Origin: Candidatus Eremiobacteria bacterium
GTDB lineage: Bacteria > Vulcanimicrobiota > Vulcanimicrobiia > Vulcanimicrobiales > Vulcanimicrobiaceae
Assembly: GCA_963737065.1 (NCBI GenBank)
Contig: CAVTRC010000001.1
Coordinates: 576,001 to 640,000, forward strand
DNA: 64,000 bases
Direction: 5' to 3'
The stretch's first letter is position 1, and each line of letters starts with the position of its first letter. The notes beneath the pieces were generated by a model. That model had not been told where the DNA came from. It made no database searches and saw nothing but the letters and a program-made list of their open reading frames with translations. Shown piece by piece: positions 1-9,070 of the stretch. The position numbers were made by a program, and so were the translations under genes.

Positions 1-29
1 CCGAAAAGCTGCCCGCGGATGAAGCGACG

Positions 30-581
30 GTGACTGTGCGGATGATGTCCTCGGCGACGCACGCGCCGACGCAAACGCAGCTCCAGCAGATTGCCGACGC
101 ATTCGTTAAAGTCGGCGTTGCAGCGGCCGATGTATCAAAGCCGGCGGTCATCGGAATGCCGGGAGTCGCTCCTTCGATCGCCAGCGTTTCCGCGACGCTC
201 AGGCACCCGACCTCCGATATGTTGAAGCGCGCACTCGACGGCGCGACGGCCGCGACGAGCTCGGTCGAGTTTCCATTTGCGGTGACGACGGTGCAACTTC
301 ATGCGAAGAATTGCGGCGACGCCATCGATCGCGCTCGCCGTGCGGCGATTGCGAAGACGCGGACGAAAGCGGTTACGATCGCAAGCGAAATAGGCGTGCG
401 TCTAGGCGCAATCGTCGCATTGAACGATCAGGAGCAGTCGTCCGCCGACGGCAGTTGCACGTATGATTACGGCGTCGGTCCGGCCGGTTCGGAATTCGGG
501 GGCATGGCGCAGCCGGCAACGGATGACTACGCCACGCTCATCGTCACGTCAACGGTAACGACGACCTACGCGATCAAATAA
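30..581 (+). CDS. SIMPL/DUF541-like protein, probably 5'-truncated by the window edge
   Basis: ORF; C-terminal ARRAAIAKTRTKAVTIASEIGVRLGAIV and VTSTVTTTYAIK fit the SIMPL (BP26/YggE) C-terminus. Confidence 0.6.
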   Translation: MTVRMMSSATHAPTQTQLQQIADAFVKVGVAAADVSKPAVIGMPGVAPSIASVSATLRHPTSDMLKRALDGATAATSSVEFPFAVTTVQLHAKNCGDAIDRARRAAIAKTRTKAVTIASEIGVRLGAIVALNDQEQSSADGSCTYDYGVGPAGSEFGGMAQPATDDYATLIVTSTVTTTYAIK

Positions 582-584
582 CGG

Positions 585-1943
585 CTACGCGAAGATTTGC
601 CGTGCTCGCAACTCGTGTTTGAATCCTTCGATCGCGTTGAGCGCACGTTGCGCCAGTAAGCGACGGCGCTCTTTCTTATCGCGAACGTTACGATCTAATG
701 GCGGGAACGGCGCCCACGTGACATTCGCCGGCTGAAAATCCGGTGTCTCGATATTTTGCAAGTGCGCGACCACGGCGCCCAACGCCGTTTCGCGCGGAAA
801 CTGGACTGGCGGCAATCCGAGGAGAGCGCGCGCCGCATGAATGCCGGTCATTGCACCGCACGCCGCGGCTTCGACGTACCCTTCGGCGCCGGTGATCTGC
901 CCGGCGAAGTAGATCGACTCGCTTCCGCGTAACCGCAAATGCGCATCGAGCAGCCGCGGGGAGTCGATGAACGTGTTGCGATGCATTACTCCGAGCCGCA
1001 GCCACTCGGCGCTCGCAAGCCCCGGAAGTTTACCGAACGCTTCCTTTTGCGCGGGCCACGAGAGGCGCGTTTGAAAACCGACGAGATTGAATGCCGTTCC
1101 CTCGACGTTTTCTTTGCGCAACTGCACGACGGCATACGGCGTCTTGCCGGTACGCGGATCGCGCAAACCAACCGGCTTCAACGGTCCAAAGCGCAACACG
1201 TCGTCGCCGCGATCGGCCATCTCTTCGATCGGCAGGCAGCCTTCGAAGTATTTCGTCTCGGCTTCAAACTCTTTGGGCTGATGGCGTTCTAGCGTACGCA
1301 GATCGTGCAGTAACTTTGAATATTGCTCTTTGTCGAGCGGAATGTTCAGATAGTCGTCGCCGTCGCCTTTCTCATACCGCGATTTGCGGTACATCGGCGT
1401 CTCATCAATGGAATCCGCCGATACAATAGGCGACGCGGCATCAAAGTAATGCAGCCGTCCGTTGTCATCCCGAGCGGCTCCGAGCACCGCATCGATCTCC
1501 CGCAACAGTGCGTCGCCCGGAAGCGGACCGCACGCCAGGATCACCGGACGATCTCGCGGAATCTCCGTCACTTCTTCGCGATGCAAAGTGATGCGCAAAT
1601 GCGATGAAATGCGTGACTCGACCGCCGCGGCGAACCGGTCGCGGTCCACGGCGAGCGCGCCTCCCGCAGGCACCGCAGCTTCACGTGCCGACGTGATGAT
1701 GACGGAGTCGAGACGCGCGAGTTCTTCTTTCAGCAGCCCGACAGCGTTCTCCAACGCCGCCCCGCGAAGCGAATTGCTGCACACGAGTTCGGCAAGGCGT
1801 CCCGTCTTGTGCGCCGGTCCGCTTCGCTTCGGCCGCATCTCGTAGAGATCGACATCGACACCCGCATTCGCTGCCTGCCATGCGGCTTCACAACCGGCAA
1901 GGCCACCGCCGATGACCGCAACGGAACCATTACGAGGGTTCAT
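585..1943 (-). CDS. trmFO: Folate/FAD-dependent tRNA m5U54 methyltransferase TrmFO (Gid)
   Basis: VIGGGLAGCEAAWQ, AELVCSNSL, YFEGCLPIEEMA, LRFGPLKPVGL, GVMHRNTF, FAGQITGAEGY motifs. Confidence 0.97.
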   Translation of the reverse strand: MNPRNGSVAVIGGGLAGCEAAWQAANAGVDVDLYEMRPKRSGPAHKTGRLAELVCSNSLRGAALENAVGLLKEELARLDSVIITSAREAAVPAGGALAVDRDRFAAAVESRISSHLRITLHREEVTEIPRDRPVILACGPLPGDALLREIDAVLGAARDDNGRLHYFDAASPIVSADSIDETPMYRKSRYEKGDGDDYLNIPLDKEQYSKLLHDLRTLERHQPKEFEAETKYFEGCLPIEEMADRGDDVLRFGPLKPVGLRDPRTGKTPYAVVQLRKENVEGTAFNLVGFQTRLSWPAQKEAFGKLPGLASAEWLRLGVMHRNTFIDSPRLLDAHLRLRGSESIYFAGQITGAEGYVEAAACGAMTGIHAARALLGLPPVQFPRETALGAVVAHLQNIETPDFQPANVTWAPFPPLDRNVRDKKERRRLLAQRALNAIEGFKHELRARQIFA

Positions 1944-2184
1944 GATTGGTGCGATTCGACAGTTTCCCGCGCGGCTCTGCTTACGTAAACGTCGGAACGA
2001 TAGCTGTTTCGCCGTTGAAGCATTATCGGTTCGCTGGTGAGGGAAAGCAGTTTGGCGTTACGTCCCGGTCGCAGACGTCTGGCCGCGCTGAACAGATTGA
2101 AAACTCTGCGCAGCGAGCGCTTCCGTTCGGCCGCGCGTTTTACCGCGCGGAATACGGCCGCAGCGATGCACAGCGCGCCGACCG

Positions 2185-2627
2185 CAGCACCGAACGCCAT
2201 AGGTACCAGAAGCGATTCATTCCGTAACCGCGATCGGGCGCTCGTGAAAGGAGCATATCCCGCGTTCTTATGACAACAAAGGACTTTTCGGGATGCTGAA
2301 GCCATGCTTCGCCAACGATTCGGCCCATGACGATCTCGATGCAAGGAACGTCGATCGATGCTACTGCAAGCCGGTCGAAGCAGTTCTTCATCCGGTCGCG
2401 TGTTTGTCCAACGAGCGAACGCATCGGAAGACAGTACATCAAACGTCGAGGCGTACTCTCGTCATGCAGACGACGCCAGAACCAGCCGAGGACGGTCGGC
2501 TCTGTTTTGCCGAGGCCGGTATGGGCCGGAAACACTATGGGAGCGTATTCTGCGAGACGGCTCTGAAACGATAGGGCGTATAACCGCTCGTCGCGGTACG
2601 AAAGAACTCGATAAAGTCGCTTGTCAT
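2185..2627 (-). pseudogene. cas3: Truncated, frameshifted N-terminal helicase part of a type I-G (I-U)-like Cas3
   Basis: ATG at 2627 gives MTSDFIEFFRTATSGYTPY; after a shift near 2570, FQSRLA..HTGLGKT (Walker A)..WRR..PRRLMYCLPMRSLV..TRDMLLSR..RGYGMNR; after another shift, PMAFG; similarity ends before the DExH motif. Confidence 0.8.
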
Positions 2628-2741
2628 GCGTTCTTTCTAGCGCGGCATCGCCGTTTGCGCGCCGTTTCGCCGCAACGAGACCGTGAAGACCCGTCTAGCT
2701 ATGGCGGGTTTGGCGACCCCCCGAGGTAAATCAATCCATCC

Positions 2742-2981
2742 ATGCCAGAAAGCCGCAACTATGCCGTCGTTCTCGAACCCGACGCCGAATGCGGATACAC
2801 CGCCATCGTTCCCGCTCTCCCAGGCGTTGTTACCGAGGGTGACACGCTCGAAGAGGTCTTTGCGAACGTACGGGAAGCGATCGAGCTTTGTCTTGAAGAC
2901 CTCGCATCTCGAGGCCTAGATATTCCGGAGAGCGACACCGGCGCTCGGCTGGAGCGTATCGAAATACCAATCGCGAGCTAA
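2742..2981 (+). CDS. hicB: HicB-family antitoxin, short form
   Basis: YAVVLEPD..GYTAIVPALPGVVTEGDTLEEVFANVREAIELCLE. Confidence 0.92.
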   Translation: MPESRNYAVVLEPDAECGYTAIVPALPGVVTEGDTLEEVFANVREAIELCLEDLASRGLDIPESDTGARLERIEIPIAS

Positions 2982-2987
2982 TCCCGC

Positions 2988-3209
2988 GTGACGCGCTTGC
3001 CACGCGTCGATTCCACGGAAGTGCTGCGCAAATTGCGTAGCGCCGGCTTCGTCATAGTCGGTACAAAAGGCAGCCATGTTCGTCTCCGCAGCGCGACGGG
3101 CAAAGCTACGACGGTGCCACATCATGCAGGCAAGACGCTTAAGCCGAAAACCTTCGCAGCAATCCTGCAGCAGGCGGGTCTCACGGCCGACGAATTCCGC
3201 AAGCTCTGA
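2988..3209 (+). CDS. hicA: HicA-family mRNA interferase toxin
   Basis: LRSAGF...KGSHVRL...TTVPHH..KTLKPKTFAAILQQAGL; 6 bp after hicB. Confidence 0.92.
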   Translation: MTRLPRVDSTEVLRKLRSAGFVIVGTKGSHVRLRSATGKATTVPHHAGKTLKPKTFAAILQQAGLTADEFRKL

Positions 3210-3699
3210 CATCAGTTCACCATTGCCGCTTCTTCGGCGTGCCTGCCGCATTGAAGTCGCGTATTGCGGTGTCGATCGTATCGAGCGTTTGAAGGTCGCT
3301 CGTTAACCTCAGCATCTTGCTCATCTCGCAGCCGGGAACGAGCAGATTGCCCATCTTGCCGACCACGGTGTTGTAGCGCTCCCGCAAGACCGAGACACTT
3401 GCCAACCTTGCCAATAGGTGTGCGCAACGACTGCATGCGTTCACAATCGTATGCGTTCGCCATGTCACGTAGGGCTATGTGACAGAGGGAGACGCCACAG
3501 GTCTGTCGCGCCTCATCGGGCGAACCGTTTTCTGCGTGCGCCGTCTCCGGCGAAGTAGATTTCAGTGAGGCGGGCGATCTCGTGAATTGCGCGTGCGACG
3601 CCTGCGAGACCGGCTTCCACTTGGTGATTGACCATAGCGGGGCGGAAATTGGCTTGCGCTTTCTATACGGCGTTCGCGCATACTAATAACCGCAGATCG

Positions 3700-5871
3700 T
3701 CAGACTTCCGCGAGTTCGCGGTCCTCATGCGGCTCTTCGCCCGATTGGCCTTTTGCGAGCGATGAGACGTCGTGTTCTTTGTTCGCCGCGCATTCAAGTT
3801 GCACGACGCCGCCGCGACGCGTCTTCGCAACCACATAGCCGCCGCAGACCGGGCATGGTTCGGGAATGACGCGATCCCACGAGACGAAGTCGCACTTCGG
3901 ATAGTTCGCGCAACCGTAGAACGTCCGGCCCTTCTTCGAACGCCGCTCGACGATCATGCCGCCGTCTTTGGGACACTTCGCGCCGGTGTCTTTGACGATC
4001 GGTTTCGTCGTCTTGCACTCGGGATAACCGGTGCACGAAATAAACCGTCCGAAGCGTCCGGTCTTGATCACCATCGCGCGTTCGCAATTCGGACAGATCT
4101 CGTCCGTCGGTTCGTCCTTGATCTCCAGACGCGGCAGCTTCTTCTCCGCCTCCTCGAGCTCGGTCGAAAACGGACCGTAGAAATCGCGCAAAATGCGAAC
4201 CCAATCGTCTTCGCCGTCGGCGACCTTATCGAGGCTGCCTTCCATCCCGGCAGTGAACTTCAAATCGACGATGTCCTTGAAGTGCTCGGCGAGCAGGTCG
4301 TTGACCGCGGTGCCGATGTCGGTCGGTTTGAAACGCCGCTCTTCTTGCGTCACGTAACCGCGCGCCTGGATCGTGTCGACGATCGTTGAGTACGTCGAAG
4401 GACGTCCGATGCCGTTGTCTTCGAGCGACTTCACGAGCGTCGCTTCGGTGTACCGCGGCGGCGGTTCGGTGAAGTGCTGTTTCGGTTCGAGCTTCGAGCA
4501 GTCCAATGCATCGCGCTCGTGGAGTTCCGGCAATCGAATCTTCGCTTTACCCTTCACCGCGCCGCTGGTCTTCGCGACGTCCGCATCGGGTGCGCCATCA
4601 TCGTCGCGACCCTCTTCATACACCTTGGTGAAACCGGCGAACTTCACGACGCTGCCCGTCGCGCGGAACGTATACTCACGCGCCGCGATATCGACCGTCG
4701 TCTGATCGAGCACCGTCGCTGACATCTGCGACGCAACGAACCGCTCCCAGATCAACGTGTAGAGACGCAGTTCATCGCGCTTGAGCACGTGCGACACCGA
4801 AGCCGGCGTCCGGAACACCGAGGTGGGGCGAATCGCTTCGTGCGCGTCTTGAGCGCCTTCGCGAACCTTGTGAAGCCGGCCGCCGTGAAACTCTTCACCG
4901 TACGTCGCCGTGATGTATTCGCGGGCATGCTCGCGCGCCGCATCGCTGATGCGCGTCGAGTCGGTACGCATGTAGGTGATCAGGCCCTGCGTGCCCTCGT
5001 CGCCGCCGAGATCGACGCCTTCATAGAGCGCTTGCGCGACCTGCATCGTGCGCCGGACGCGCAGGCGCAACTTGCGCGACGCTTCTTGCTGGAGCGTCGA
5101 GGTTGTAAACGGAGCCGGCGCGTTGCGCTTGACTTCGCGCCGCTTGACCGACGAAACGGTGTAGTGCGCGCCGTCGAGCGCGGCCAGAACCGCATCCGCT
5201 TCTTCCTTCTTAGTAATCTCGTATCTCTCGCCGCGCCGCGCAACGAGTTCGGCGGGGAAGAGCAACGCCGGATCGCGATGGGTCGAAAGATGCGCCGTCA
5301 TCGTCCAGTACTCGCGTGGAACGAACGCCGCAATCTCGCGCTCGCGGTCGACGATCAGCCGCACGGCAACCGATTGGACGCGGCCGGCGGATAGACCGCC
5401 GCGAACCTTTGCCCACAGCAACGGTGAGATTTTGTATCCGACGAGACGGTCGAGAATGCGCCGCGCCTGCTGGGCGTTCACGCGATCCATGTCGATGTGA
5501 TGCGGGTGTTTCAGCGCGGCGAGTGCGGCGTCTTTCGTGATCTCGTGCAGCTCGATCCGCTTCGGATTTTCGAGCTTCAGCAGTTCGGCGAGATGCCACG
5601 CAATCGCCTCACCTTCGCGGTCGGGGTCGGTCGCGAGGTAGACGTCGCTCGCGCTTTTCACCGCGCTCTTGAGATCTTTGATAACGTCGCCTTTCCCCTT
5701 GATCGTAAGGTACTTCGGGCTGAAGTCGTTCTCGACGTCAACACCGAGCGTGCTCTTGGGAAGATCGCGAACGTGTCCAACCGACGCTTTGACAATATAG
5801 CGAGCCGGAAGAAACTTCTTGATCGTGCGGGCCTTGGTCGGCGACTCGACGATGATCAGGGGCTTTTTCAC
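3700..5871 (-). CDS. topA: DNA topoisomerase I with C-terminal Zn ribbons; start reassigned to GTG 5871
   Basis: IVESPTKA, LATDPDREGEAIAWH, SAGRVQS, LITYMRTDS, CxxC ribbons. Confidence 0.98.
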   Translation of the reverse strand: MKKPLIIVESPTKARTIKKFLPARYIVKASVGHVRDLPKSTLGVDVENDFSPKYLTIKGKGDVIKDLKSAVKSASDVYLATDPDREGEAIAWHLAELLKLENPKRIELHEITKDAALAALKHPHHIDMDRVNAQQARRILDRLVGYKISPLLWAKVRGGLSAGRVQSVAVRLIVDREREIAAFVPREYWTMTAHLSTHRDPALLFPAELVARRGERYEITKKEEADAVLAALDGAHYTVSSVKRREVKRNAPAPFTTSTLQQEASRKLRLRVRRTMQVAQALYEGVDLGGDEGTQGLITYMRTDSTRISDAAREHAREYITATYGEEFHGGRLHKVREGAQDAHEAIRPTSVFRTPASVSHVLKRDELRLYTLIWERFVASQMSATVLDQTTVDIAAREYTFRATGSVVKFAGFTKVYEEGRDDDGAPDADVAKTSGAVKGKAKIRLPELHERDALDCSKLEPKQHFTEPPPRYTEATLVKSLEDNGIGRPSTYSTIVDTIQARGYVTQEERRFKPTDIGTAVNDLLAEHFKDIVDLKFTAGMEGSLDKVADGEDDWVRILRDFYGPFSTELEEAEKKLPRLEIKDEPTDEICPNCERAMVIKTGRFGRFISCTGYPECKTTKPIVKDTGAKCPKDGGMIVERRSKKGRTFYGCANYPKCDFVSWDRVIPEPCPVCGGYVVAKTRRGGVVQLECAANKEHDVSSLAKGQSGEEPHEDRELAEV

Positions 5872-5908
5872 GGGGTTCAGTATACTCCCGGGGTCAAGAC
5901 GGGGGCAA
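5872..5908 (-). promoter_or_regulatory. Putative sigma70-type topA promoter giving a leaderless mRNA
   Basis: Minus strand TTGCCC-N18-TATACT (5884-5879), then 7 nt, then the GTG start; no Shine-Dalgarno. Confidence 0.55.
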
Positions 5909-5989
5909 ACGGGATTGGCTGCGCCCGATTCCGTCGCGGTCGGCCTTCGGCCGCGGTGCAGTTGCAAACCGACATCCCGTAAACACGAA

Positions 5990-6037
5990 ACGCGCGCGCG
6001 TGTATACGTGTGCGCGCACATGCGCGTACGCGCGCGT
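5990..6037. repeat. 48-bp uninterrupted alternating purine/pyrimidine tract (Z-DNA/cruciform candidate)
   Basis: ACGCGCGCGCGTGTATACGTGTGCGCGCACATGCGCGTACGCGCGCGT; with flanks its ends form the inverted repeat AAACGCGCGCG...CGCGCGCGTTT. Confidence 0.9.
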
Positions 6038-6066
6038 TTGCATGATTTTGAAAAATCCTTTATAGT
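6038..6066 (+). promoter_or_regulatory. Sigma70-type promoter of the basic repeat protein
   Basis: TTGCAT (6038-6043)-17 bp-TATAGT (6061-6066); AGGAGG at 6128-6133 before ATG 6139. Confidence 0.8.
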
Positions 6067-6138
6067 GCGCTTAAAGCGCACGACGTCGTGCGCTGTCCAA
6101 GTAACGCTTATCGTCCCCCGGGGGACGAGGAGGAATGA

Positions 6139-6585
6139 ATGGACTCCGATACCATGACGAACGGCGACACGATGGGTGAAGCCAAAAAATCGCGCCGCAA
6201 ATCGAGCGGCCGTCGCAAAGCGGCCGGTGGTCGCAAGAAAACCTCGACACGGAAGTCGACGGGTGGACGCAAGAAATCAACCGGCGGACGTAAGAAGTCG
6301 ACCGGCGGACGCAAGAAGTCGACGGGTGGACGCAAAAAGTCGACCGGCGGACGTAAGAAGTCGACGGGCGGACGCAAAAAATCGACGGGCGGACGTAAGA
6401 AGTCGACGGGCGGACGCAAAAAATCGACAGCGGGACGTAAGAAGTCAACCGGCGGACGCAAAAAGTCGACCGGCGGACGCAAGAAGTCGACGCGCAAGAC
6501 CGGCGCACGTAAAGGCGGACGCAAAGCGGCTGGTGGGCGCAAAAAGGGCGCGCGCAAGGGCGGCCGTCGCAAGAAATCAGCGTAA
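6139..6585 (+). CDS. Lys/Arg-rich low-complexity histone-like protein with (RKKSTGG)n repeats
   Basis: Promoter, SD and terminator all present; repeat variation is almost entirely synonymous in this frame. Confidence 0.85.
   Translation: MDSDTMTNGDTMGEAKKSRRKSSGRRKAAGGRKKTSTRKSTGGRKKSTGGRKKSTGGRKKSTGGRKKSTGGRKKSTGGRKKSTGGRKKSTGGRKKSTAGRKKSTGGRKKSTGGRKKSTRKTGARKGGRKAAGGRKKGARKGGRRKKSA
6250..6492 (+). repeat. 21-bp coding tandem repeat: RKSTGG, 10 full heptads (9 RKKSTGG, 1 RKKSTAG), partial RKKST
   Basis: Units CGY AAR AAR TCR ACN GGY GGA read at 6268-6477. Confidence 0.95.
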
Positions 6586-6604
6586 CGCATAACACGACAA
6601 GCAG

Positions 6605-6636
6605 CGAGGACGACCATTCGGTCGTCCTCGTTTTTT
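6605..6636 (+). terminator. Intrinsic terminator
   Basis: CGAGGACGACC-ATTC-GGTCGTCCTCG followed by TTTTTT. Confidence 0.9.
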
Positions 6637-7663
6637 ATGCGCTGATTACAACGGGGCCGGCGGTGAGGTTCGGCGCTTTGCCGCCGTGTTCGTCAACCCA
6701 ATGGCACGCCGCAAAATGCCCGGCGCCGTACGCGTTGAATGCCGGCACCTCGGTTTTGCAGCGATCGAACGCAACGGGACAACGCGTGTGGAAACGGCAG
6801 CCCGAGGGCGGATTCACGGGCGAGGGAATGTCGCCGGTGAGTACGATGCGTTTCCGCCGCGTTTCCGTGTCCGGGTCGGGTATCGGAATCGCCGAAAGGA
6901 GCGCTTGCGTGTACGGGTGCAGCGGATTTTCGTAGAGCGAGTCGCGGTCCGCGAGTTCCACCAGCTTGCCGACGTACATCACCGCGACGCGCGTCGAGAT
7001 GTGACGAACGACCGAGAGGTCGTGCGCGATGAAGAGATATGTGAGGCCGAACTTCGCTTGCAGATCTTCGAGCAGATTGATGACCTGCGCTTGAATCGAC
7101 ACGTCCAGCGCCGAGACGGGCTCGTCGCAGACGATGAATTTCGGGTCGACGGCCAGCGCTCGCGCGACGCCGATGCGCTGCCGCTGGCCGCCGGAAAACT
7201 CATGCGGAAAGCGATTCGCGTGATACGGACGCAAGCCGACGAGCTGAAGCAGTTCGCGAACGCGATCGCCGATTTGTTTACCTTTTGCGAGACCGTGAAT
7301 GCGCAGCGGTTCCCCGACGATATCGCCGACCGTCATGCGCGGATTCAGCGAGGCGAACGGGTCTTGAAAGATGATCTGCATTTCGCGGCGCAGGCGACGG
7401 ACTTGCGATGCGTTCATCTTCGTAACGTCCTGGCCGTTGAAGCGAATCGCGCCTTTCGACTCGGTCAGCAGACGCAGAATCAGACGCCCGATCGTCGTTT
7501 TTCCGGAACCCGACTCACCGACGAGTCCCAGCGTTTCACCGGGCGCGATCGTGAAATCCACGCCGTCGACGGCTTTAACATCGCCAACGTGGCGCGATAA
7601 GAAGCCCGCGTGAATCGGGAAGTACTTGTAGAGATCGCGAACCTCGACGAGCGGCTGCGTCAC
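6635..7663 (-). CDS. oppF: Oligopeptide/dipeptide ABC transporter ATPase (OppF/DppF-like)
   Basis: [39 protein letters not shown]. Confidence 0.9.
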   Translation of the reverse strand: MTQPLVEVRDLYKYFPIHAGFLSRHVGDVKAVDGVDFTIAPGETLGLVGESGSGKTTIGRLILRLLTESKGAIRFNGQDVTKMNASQVRRLRREMQIIFQDPFASLNPRMTVGDIVGEPLRIHGLAKGKQIGDRVRELLQLVGLRPYHANRFPHEFSGGQRQRIGVARALAVDPKFIVCDEPVSALDVSIQAQVINLLEDLQAKFGLTYLFIAHDLSVVRHISTRVAVMYVGKLVELADRDSLYENPLHPYTQALLSAIPIPDPDTETRRKRIVLTGDIPSPVNPPSGCRFHTRCPVAFDRCKTEVPAFNAYGAGHFAACHWVDEHGGKAPNLTAGPVVISA

Positions 7664-8688
7664 GGTTGCTCCACAACCGGAGCCGTTGGCGGTTCAATGC
7701 GTTCCGGACGCTGATCGGTCGCGCGGTCGTCGTAGAGAAAACATCGCGCGACGTGGTCACCGTCGAACGCATACAGCGGCACGGGCTCGCTACAGATCGG
7801 CATCGTATACGCGCAGCGCGGCGAAAAGGCGCAGCCCGGCGGCATGTTGAGCAGATTCGGCGGCTGCCCTTTGATCGGTACGAGACGTTCATGGCCACTC
7901 GCATCCAAGCGCGGCAGCGAGGAAAGCAACCCCTGCGTATACGGCATCTTCGGATCTTTGAAGATGTCGGCGGCCGTGCCGTACTCGACCATGTTTCCGC
8001 CGTACATCACGAGAACGTTCCTGCAGACCTCCGCGACGACACCGAGATCGTGCGTGATCATGATGATCGCCGCACCCGTCTCCGCCTGCATCTCGTTCAT
8101 CAGCTCGAGAATCTGCGCTTGAATGGTCACGTCGAGCGCGGTTGTCGGCTCGTCGGCGATCAACAGTTGCGGGTTGCACGAGAGCGCCATCGCGATCATG
8201 ACCCGCTGACGCATGCCGCCCGAGAACTGATGCGGGTAGTCGTTCAAGCGCGCTTGCGGCGACGGAATGCGAACTTTCTGCAGCATTTCGATCGCTTTGT
8301 CGCGCGCTTCACGTCGGCTGTACCCGAGGTGCAAACGGACGGCTTCGATGATCTGCTCGCCGATCGAAAGAACCGGATTGAGCGATGTCATCGGGTCCTG
8401 GAAGATCATCGCGATCTGATGTCCGCGAATCTTGCGCATGTCGCCTTCGCTCTTCTTCTGCAAATCTTCGCCGTTGAAGTAAATGCCGTCGCTCGTCACG
8501 GTGGCATTGCGCGCGAGGAGACGCATAATCGAAAGCGAGGTGACGGATTTGCCGGAACCGGATTCGCCGACGATGCCGAGCGTTTCACCGGAGTTCAGGC
8601 TAAAGGAGAGGCCGCTGACCGCTGTGACGGGACCGTCTTCGGTACGAAACGTTGTGCGAAGAGTTCTTACGTCGAGCAGCGCGCCCAA
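7660..8688 (-). CDS. oppD: Oligopeptide/dipeptide ABC transporter ATPase (OppD/DppD-like)
   Basis: [43 protein letters not shown]. Confidence 0.9.
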   Translation of the reverse strand: MGALLDVRTLRTTFRTEDGPVTAVSGLSFSLNSGETLGIVGESGSGKSVTSLSIMRLLARNATVTSDGIYFNGEDLQKKSEGDMRKIRGHQIAMIFQDPMTSLNPVLSIGEQIIEAVRLHLGYSRREARDKAIEMLQKVRIPSPQARLNDYPHQFSGGMRQRVMIAMALSCNPQLLIADEPTTALDVTIQAQILELMNEMQAETGAAIIMITHDLGVVAEVCRNVLVMYGGNMVEYGTAADIFKDPKMPYTQGLLSSLPRLDASGHERLVPIKGQPPNLLNMPPGCAFSPRCAYTMPICSEPVPLYAFDGDHVARCFLYDDRATDQRPERIEPPTAPVVEQP

Positions 8689-8695
8689 GTCGAGT

Positions 8696-9070
8696 TTAGA
8701 TTCCCGTCAGCGATAGAATGAACGCGGTGATGACGAACACGACCGCGGTGAAACCCGTGACCCGTTGGAGTTGCTGGTCCGCTCCGGGACGCGCATACGC
8801 GGATTCCACACGTCCGCCGATCGTACCGGAAAGCCCCTCTTGTTTCGTCGTCTGCATCGCCAGCAGCACGACGAGCGCGACCGCGGCGATCATAAAGATT
8901 CCGGCAATCGTGTGCGTCGCCCAGCCCGCGTGGGCTTGAAACCACGTCTGCGTCATCTGCGCCGCCGGCGGTGCGTTGATGACGAACGGCGACGCGTTGG
9001 GATTGGGAACCGTCGTAACTTGAATCTGCGGTTGGGCGCTGGCGGCGGCCGCAGCGGCGGCGAGAATCAA
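8696..9070 (-). CDS. secG: Preprotein translocase subunit SecG with N-terminal extension
   Basis: TM-LLAMQTTKQEGLSGTIGG-loop-LQRVT-TM pattern. Confidence 0.8.
   Translation of the reverse strand: MILAAAAAAASAQPQIQVTTVPNPNASPFVINAPPAAQMTQTWFQAHAGWATHTIAGIFMIAAVALVVLLAMQTTKQEGLSGTIGGRVESAYARPGADQQLQRVTGFTAVVFVITAFILSLTGI

Noticed and set aside
3700..6081. 70-aa N-terminal extension of TopA
   Set aside because: It translates promoter DNA and the RY tract; TopA similarity starts at GTG 5871.
6250..6492. CRISPR array, given the nearby cas3 fragment
   Set aside because: Units are contiguous with no spacers and vary as synonymous codons.
6071..6617. Antisense and alternate-frame repeat ORFs (PPVDFLR)n and similar
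   Set aside because: Shadows of the 21-bp repeat; promoter, SD and terminator all support the plus-strand RKKSTGG frame.
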